A stretch of 64,000 nucleotides of DNA, from contig JBHGNT010000012.1 in NCBI GenBank assembly GCA_043228905.1, positions 12,896,001 to 12,960,000 of the forward strand, written 5' to 3'. Positions 61,720 to 64,000 of the stretch are shown here, one piece after another. A model generated the notes under the pieces. It searched no databases. It had not been told where the DNA came from and worked only from the letters and a program-made list of their open reading frames with translations. Both the position numbers and the translations under genes were made by a program. Each line of letters starts with the position of its first letter. Positions within the stretch are counted from its first letter, which is position 1. The stretch is from Azolla caroliniana. Lineage: Eukaryota; Plantae; Polypodiophyta.

Positions 61720-64000
61720 GTGATTAGCCGAACGCAAGAAACTACCACAGGCACACCAAAGCATACCACCACCACCGAAGCAGAAGACACATTGGAGCCC
61801 ATGGTGCTCTCCGAGATTGCCAAGAAATGGTTTACACAACATGGATTGGAGGGTTTTCTCCGGATAGCAGAAGCACCTCCCCACGAAGAACTGGGAAAGG
61901 TCGCAAAGAAGATCGACCTAGAGGAGATAACAGAGGAGGCTATCCGTGCCTTAATCGGATTGCCGGAGCGAGGACTCTATTCTATCAAGAATCCTTCCCC
62001 AGAGTTCTTCGGAGAGCACTCCTTGGCCAGCAAAGCGTACCAGACAGAGGGCGGTGATGACACCTTGTTCCGAGAAGTAGCTCGTGTGCTCCACAAGTAT
62101 GGGTTCGTGCACCCCCGGCCCCCGGCAATGCCTAAGAACAGAGCCTTGTTCATCATCGCAACATATGAAGGGGTGAAAGTGGATTGGCCTGTAATCATCG
62201 CCAATTCTCTGCGAGTGGCCATCCAATCCGTAGTGGATGGCAACTGCGAAGGAAGAACCCGCCGATGATTTCCTACGTCGTCAAAGGAGAAGCGACGCAG
62301 AGCAGCAAGGGGACGAATTGGGTCCGGTTGAGGACAGCACACCGACTCCCCACTCTAAGGGACGAGAGGCAAGGCAAGAGACCGGGCCTGTTCGGCCAGA
62401 AGCGGTGGCCCCGGTGCTACCATAACTATTAATAGAACTACCTACTGCACCGGGTCTATAGGCACAACAAGAAAAGGAGTTGTTACTGGAGAGAACAGTG
62501 CACCAAGGGCTTTAGGAGAGACCATAGCCGACACCACAACAAGGCACCGGCAGTCAAGCACAGACAATCAGTGGCTACGTTGGATCGGGGAGTGAGTAGC
62601 CGTGGTGGTACACCAACTGGAAGCCGAAGAGATCACACAAGGGGACCGGTTGCTCGCCACAACTGAAGAACTCAAGAAAGCCCAGTCGAGGATCCGGAGC
62701 ATGGAGAAAAAAGTTGATGCGGCCAGACAGTTCAGTTCAGGTCCGACAGGACCATAACCGGTGGCATCGGTGACTGAATAGATAAATAACATGTCGGTAG
62801 CTCCTATAGAACCAAACACAAGTGATGTGCGCGAATAAAAACTGTCCAACCTAAGGGAGGAGTTGGCTGCCTAGGAGGCCTTGAGGGCCAGAGATAGGGA
62901 GCAAAAGAAGACAGTGGAGGAAGAGAAGCGAAAAATAGAAGAAAACCTCCAAAAGACTCAGGCAACAAACAACCGGTTAAACGAAGAAAAAGACAAACTG
63001 CTGCAAGGAAAAGACAAGCTGCGTCGGATGGCAGAAGGAGAGATTGAACGATTGAAAGAAGAACTCCGACAACAAAAAGACAAAGAAGACTGAGCAAGAA
63101 GCCAAATCAACCAGAGGTTAAATAAAAAAACCGAGGACTTTGAAAGATTGCACCGGGATCACAAACACTTGGAAGTAGAGCACAAGAAGTTGATGGAGGA
63201 ATGTGACCGGCAACAAGAGAAGATAAGACAACTCCGAAATGAAGTAACCAAGAAAACGGAGGCGTTGTCGAAAGAATGAACGAAGGCGGTTGAGTCGGCA
63301 AAGCTGCTGGAGGAAGCGGCAAAGCTACTAGAGAAAGGATTGTGCTTATTGGACAACACTACGACGAGATGGAACAAGCAAAATTGGTTCTGAATAGGGT
63401 TCAGACAATGTATCAAACCCAATTGCTGGAATATGAGGTGCAAGAACAGGCAACCGCGGGCCTGATACAGAAGTTAAAGGAGGAGAAGCAGGCTGCGGAG
63501 GACAAATCCAAGATGGGGCTCAGCCAGATCTGCGCCATTCTACTAGCATGGAAAGAAAGGAGAAAGAGTATGATTGGTGAAAGCTTAGTGCAATGGTGGT
63601 CAAAATGGGCACAACAGGCGGAGGAATTACAGACGTTGCGAGTGGATGCAGAAAACCAGAGAAAGGATGATGACAACTTCTACAAGATGGATGCAGAGAG
63701 CATTGTAACCATCTAGGAGGAGTTCTAAGATGATTTCTTGTCCCTGGAAGGGGAACAATTGGCGACTGTGAGGCGGCTAGTAGAACAGTTGGATGATGAC
63801 CAACATGCCACTCAACTCCAATTTGAGCAGTATGAGTAGGAGCGTAGATGGTAGATGGCATTGCAAATGATGGCGGCAATCAACATAAGTGACGGAGAGC
63901 AATCTCTAGAGTAGCCACCGAATGTAGTTGGACCCAGACGAAGCCCGAGGGGAGTAGCCAAAAATAGCCAGACCAGAAGAGCCAACAGAAGTAGAATAGG
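61720..64000 (+). pseudogene. E9 extra 3' ORF (globular N-domain plus coiled coil)
   Basis: ORF 61720-62268 is homologous to the E5 extra ORF. Coiled-coil fragments at 62881-63093 and 63342-63716. Confidence 0.75.

Larger units (their letters stand above)
55465..64000 (+). mobile_element. E9: Athila-like Gypsy related to E5 (gag, PR, RT, RH, INT, extra ORF), runs off the window
   Basis: YQYPKYRDDPDAEAHV gag, IVDGGLGVN, FLDGFSGYNQIR, VDASD, ARWILLLQEF, KWGLDFV; heavily degenerate. Confidence 0.9.

Overview
This window is plant heterochromatin. It is probably from a non-seed land plant such as a fern, lycophyte or bryophyte, which is an inference from the element types present. It consists almost entirely of nested LTR retrotransposons, and no host gene could be supported. 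An old Copia (H1) is split by three insertions: E1, E2 (TSD ACAAC) and E4 (TSD TTTCT). Nesting reaches four levels: H1>E2>E3>solo LTR and H1>E4>E5>E6. Also present are two Athila-like Gypsy elements with a conserved extra sense ORF after integrase, two inverted chromovirus remnants, fungal-like (Ylt1-type) Gypsy remnants including an LTR with a tRNA-Trp PBS, further Copia copies and solo LTRs. The most unusual observation is the non-coding LTR element E2 (4102-12768). It has no polypurine tract and instead carries tRNA-Arg primer-binding sites inside both LTRs in inverted orientation, which suggests tRNA-primed or self-primed plus-strand synthesis. Coordinates were read by eye and may be off by a few bases where stated. 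Lineage and tRNA assignments come from remembered motifs, not database searches.
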